DNA of 64,000 nucleotides from Oculina patagonica (Eukaryota): NCBI RefSeq assembly GCF_052425735.1, contig NC_135759.1, positions 45,074,001 to 45,138,000 of the forward strand, read 5' to 3'. Shown piece by piece: positions 59,401 to 64,000 of this stretch (position 1 is its first letter; each line of letters starts with the position of its first letter). The notes under the pieces were generated by a model. It saw only the letters and a program-made list of their open reading frames with translations, ran no database searches and was not told where the DNA came from. The position numbers and the translations under genes were made by a program.

Positions 59401-62400
59401 TATAATCGTTGGCTTCTTTCCCGAAAAATTGTTGAAGTATTTTTAAAGCTTCGGCATCCTCCAAGCCAAACCTACCACCGTACTTTATGGTAAGAATAAT
59501 GGCATCAATGCCGTCGGGGGACATGGCAAACATCTTGTATAGTTCTCTAAGAATTTCCTCTTGTTTTTCGTTGAAGAGACCAGTGACCTCCTTTGCCTTT
59601 TCTTTGAGTTTTCCCATGGCGGAGACAGGGGCTGTATCCATAATACCCGGGGTGTCAATCACACCAATGACTCTCTCATCCGTTCTCTTCTCAATTCTGC
59701 AATATACTGTTACGGAGCCACCACTTGGACTGTCTGCAAAACACTCTCTTCCAATTATGGAGTTTCCAGTGGCACTTTTTCCATTTCCAGTTTTTCCAAG
59801 AAGAACAACTGTAAGAGGATCTCCCTGAGGAAGCTTAGAAAACAAAAGCGAAAAAAATAATTAATTAAAAGAAAGAAAAGTGCAGCTATTAACATTGAAA
59901 CCTCTCCCTGACTAAAGTAATATTTTCGGTTGTATGAATTTAGTCCCACTAGTCGAGGATTCAATAGCTACTGTCTTTAAAACTATTAAGGCGCTACGGC
60001 TTAGTGGAAAAGAAGACACGGGGGATTCTTCAAAAAAAATTCAGATTTCGTTGGAAATAACTGAACCTAGCTCATTCTTCTATCAAAGTGTCAATTTTAT
60101 CGGTTGATTTAATAATAACGAAAATCATAATCACAATCGTAATCATAATCATAAAGATAACAACGACAATAATTTACTTAATTGACCACTGCCAGTGTGG
60201 GGCTCCTCAGGTTCAAAGTTTACAAACACTGAAACAAATATTTTAGATAAACATAACATGGTCAAATATCCCATCTGGCAAGAGGCAGACTTGGGTTTGT
60301 CAGTGAGTGGTTGGGGGCTGGGTGAGTAGGTATAGGTAAATAGCCAAGCTGCGAAGGTCTTGTTCTAAAACAAGACGATTATGAGAGTTTAATTAATTGG
60401 AGTTAGATTACTTAAACTATGGAAACAAAAAAGTATTACCTTGATAGTGGCGATTGGTGCCTGCAAAGAAGAAACCAAATGTAATATGATCAGATTCTCA
60501 AGGATTCAACACCTTTAACACTTTCAGTGCTAAAGTCGACATTTGGGGGAGAAGTCAATGAACCACTTGTGACGTCATCTGATAGAGCTAGGTTTGAACT
60601 TTTCACAGAACTTTTCATTTGCTATTCAGAGCTGATCGAGAAAAAGACAATCAGTTTTTGGTGCGAGATTGGTGCTTAAACAGGCCAAAACACCGGTAAG
60701 TGATCGAAGTCCTTTTTTCAGGGTCTACCAGTGTTTTAATCCAAACTTTTTTGGCCTAAAGGAAGGACGTGAACAGTAGAAAAAGGAGTGGGAATTATAA
60801 CAAAGCCGAGAAAAACGAAAAGAAAAGGAGCAAGAAAAAAAGATGGGAACGATTTCGCAAGAGAATAAGTCCAAATTATGGCATATGCGCATGCGCCAAA
60901 GTACAATTTTGTACATTTTTCATGGAATCTTCATCAAAATCTTGCTGCATTGTGGAGAAGTGCTTTCTAAGCAAAGGTGAGGAAAATTCAGGATCGTAGC
61001 ACCAAAAATTCAGTTTAACGGTAAAAAAAACGTGTTTTTGAGACATTTAGCACTGAAAGGGTTAAACTCCACACCATCGAAAGCGAAAATGGGTCAGTCT
61101 ACCATCAAGTGTGATGCTGCACGAGAACGGAACGAATTACCAAGAGAGATCAGAGAAATTAACACTCTATCTTGGTTTAAAGGGATTGCGTCACGGATTT
61201 TAGCCAAATTCGGAAATGACCATCAATTTCGTTGAAATATGAAAAATAGCTTCTTAAAACTGTGAAGGAACCTTTCAATAACACAGCAAATACATTTCTA
61301 GTTTTGTTGTTGGTGCATGTGAGTGTCATTTCCTAAGGTAGAATTCCTTTTTCAGAATAATACTGGCAAGCCTTTCACGACGACAGATTACATTATTGTA
61401 GATTTTAAAATAAATTACTTCATTTATTGCCGAGGTATCAAAAAACGAACAAAATCTCTGTGTGCGAAGATTGTCGCTTTTTTCGCTTGTTCTTCTATCA
61501 AAGTGTCAATTTAAAATTGTTCAAAATTAAAATTCTTAAATTTAAAATTGTTAACATTGTCAGTTTAAACTTGGATGACGTTTAAAAAGTCATCTAAAGA
61601 AGTTAAATTATGGTCTATCTGTCGAAGCAGTCACCAGAATTATAATTGTCTAGTTTTTTCCTTGGCGCGGGATCGATGCACGACTTGGCAAAGGACATGA
61701 ATTTCGTGGTGGTATAGTAGAATGTTATTGCCCATTAAAATTGCCGAAATTTTGAAATTGTGTTACAGATAACTCAGGTTAACGTGCATAGAATAAATCA
61801 ATGTCATAAGTTTTATTTCCGCTTCAAAGTGATGCGAGCGAATACGTGGCCATAGTTGTAGATGGTGGACAGCAAATCAGGACAAATTATTAACTCAACT
61901 CTTTTATTTTGCCCAAGGCGGGCTTCTTCACAAATCTACAACGATTATGCACGATGGTGCAAAACCTACTTCCGGTTAATTTTGTGTTTGTATCTTAACA
62001 CAAAGTAGCCAGAGTGCGGCGTGATTTGCAAGTGCAAGTCCGCGAGGGGGGATTCTGTAAGAGGTTAAACAAAACAGTCTATCTGCATGTCTATAACTGC
62101 AGAGCAGGAAAAAGTTAATAATTTCACATCATCATCGTGTTTTATACCAACAAATTTAAATACATTTTTTTGAAACACCTGCTTACCTTTGAGCTCAATA
62201 TTTTCTTCCATTGTAGGACAAATTTCCCCAGTATATCATGACCATCAAAGGCATCCTCGTACGCCTCCATACAAGCATCCATCCGCTCCTCCCCCTCCTT
62301 TGTGTTCAAAGTAGAAATGGTTGAGCGAAACACGCGATAGATTTTGTTTGTCTTGCTGATAAACTTTTTAACATCATCGTCGGTTTCTTCCACGCTCTGT

Positions 62401-64000
62401 AGGTATGCGTTTGCAAGCGTCTGAGCGCTACGAAGGTCATCAAAGCGGCTTTCCAACTCCTCTAATTGATATGTGAGCGCCTGTTTCTGCAGGTACGCTT
62501 TTGCTGTTGGGATGATGTTCTTTACGGGCTGAAGTTCGAACTGCGAAGAAACAAGGCAGGTAAACTATTTGTTAACGTAGTTCTTGTCTTGAGCAAAATA
62601 TTTATTTTTATCTTTACAAACATTAAAGATAAATGATGATAAGACTGAATTTCTTATTATCGGATCTAGACAGCAACTGTTGAAAATTAATGATTGTACA
62701 ATCCGTGTTGGCATAACAGATTTTAAGCCTGTGTCTGAAGTGCGCAATCTAGGCTCCTGGTTCGACTCTAATTTTTCTATGTCGACTCATATTTCTAAGT
62801 CTTGTTGTGCGGCATTTTTTTCGTTACACAATATTAAGCGAATAAGTAAATTTCTAGCTAGGGATAAATTTGAAATGGTTTTGCACGCGTTTGTTACTAG
62901 TAGAATTGATTATTGCAATGGACTTCTTTATGGGCTACCGGAATGCGAGATTGCTAAATTGTAGAGAGTGCGGATGGCCGCGGCTAGGCTGCTAACTGTC
63001 GCAACAGTTCCTAAAACAAGATGTCATAATTTTGTTACCCTACTTAGGTCTTCCGAGCATCCAAATCACTAAACGCCTTAAATCCTGTGTATCCGACTTC
63101 TACTCTTTCGTCAACCTCAAGATCATATTTCAGAACACACGCCGCCATCCTGCTTTCCGTACAAAGACCGCCTCAACCGTTCTCAACGATCTAAGGTCAT
63201 CTACAAAGCTGGCTGCTGGGACTGTGATGATGTTTACATCGAAAAAACAAAACGACGACTTCATGACAAAAAAAATGAACATTTTAACGCCCTCACTAAA
63301 TGCGACCATATAAGCTATTGCTAATCACATAAAAACCACAGGCCATAACAAGAAATGGGATCATTTTGAAATTCTTGCGTCTGGCAAAACTGACCTCCAC
63401 TGCAAAATTAAGGAGACTTTATTCTTTCAAGAACTACAACCTTCATTAAATGCCAATTTCGGCAGTGAGAGGTTGTTGCTTTATTAACTGAAATGTTAAT
63501 GTAGTTACTGCTGAAGATCAATTGTCTCAGTCTAGGTTCCAGACCCCTTTCATAACAATGCATAAATAGTTGCCAAAAAAAATTTTTAACGGTCATACTT
63601 TTGAAAATGTATGTAGCTTAGCATACGAAACGTCAAGTTTAGTAAAATGCGATTTTTCATAATGTTTATCACCGCTGTTTGTATTATATTTTTAATCACG
63701 TTACGATGACCTAAAACCAAGAGTCTATATTTAGACCTTATTCATCAAACAGAAGAGAAATTGCACCTGCATAGGAATTCCTTTCCCGTCATTAATGTTT
63801 TTCAGTCTAGAAGGGAAAGTCTCGATCAAAGTCACCAGTCCTTCCAGGGTCGTTGGGAGTTTATCTGGTAAGTCTGTGGCGTAATATTTGATGGAGATAT
63901 CTGACACGTCGCTGCACTCTGATGATAGTTTGTCTAACGAAGCTTTTAGTCCTGCATCAACACCTTGAAGATTTAGCTGTCCATCGACGTTGCCTGTGAT
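56472..64000 (-). CDS. Second copy of the MACPF-AIG1-coiled-coil-Hint gene (5' part outside the window), frameshifted before Hint; exons >64000..63767, 62540..62187, 60460..60440, 59833..59183, 57415..56472
   Basis: Exons and splice sites are near-identical to copy 1. The last exon is 944 nt vs 945 nt because one base is missing at the T8 run 57134-57141, giving a stop at 57079..57077. Confidence 0.8.

Larger units (their letters stand above)
15915..64000. repeat. Large tandem segmental duplication: unit 1 from ~15915 to ~51330; unit 2 from ~51340 to beyond the window
   Basis: 15915-34980 is colinear with 51340-64000 apart from copy-specific insertions; identical exon sets. Confidence 0.95.

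Overview
AT-rich, intron-containing animal DNA. The repeat families suggest a cnidarian, probably a stony coral; this is inference. The core of the window is an immune-type gene cluster that the ORF track fragments. (1) An 8-exon minus-strand gene (44858..21452, about 900 aa when spliced at GT/AG sites, all phases consistent) encodes a stonustoxin/verrucotoxin-type MACPF/CDC pore-forming domain, a helical region, an AIG1/GIMAP GTPase, a coiled coil and a C-terminal Hedgehog-type Hint+SRR (Hog) autoprocessing domain, with no signal peptide. (2) A second tandem copy (56472..>64000) has a 1-nt frameshift just upstream of the Hint domain. (3) Three copies of a small 2-exon gene (about 300 aa) look like divergent stand-alone SNTX-type MACPF proteins: one intact and one nonsense-inactivated in a 4.7-kb tandem duplication, and one head-to-head with the fusion gene across a region rich in NF-kB/IRF-like motifs. 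The rest is mobile DNA: the left part of a DIRS/Ngaro-like YR retrotransposon with an SGNH hydrolase ORF, two Penelope elements with inverted 3' copies and hammerhead ribozymes, a decayed full-length CR1/L2-group LINE, nested non-autonomous DNA transposons and a degenerate ~29-bp minisatellite.
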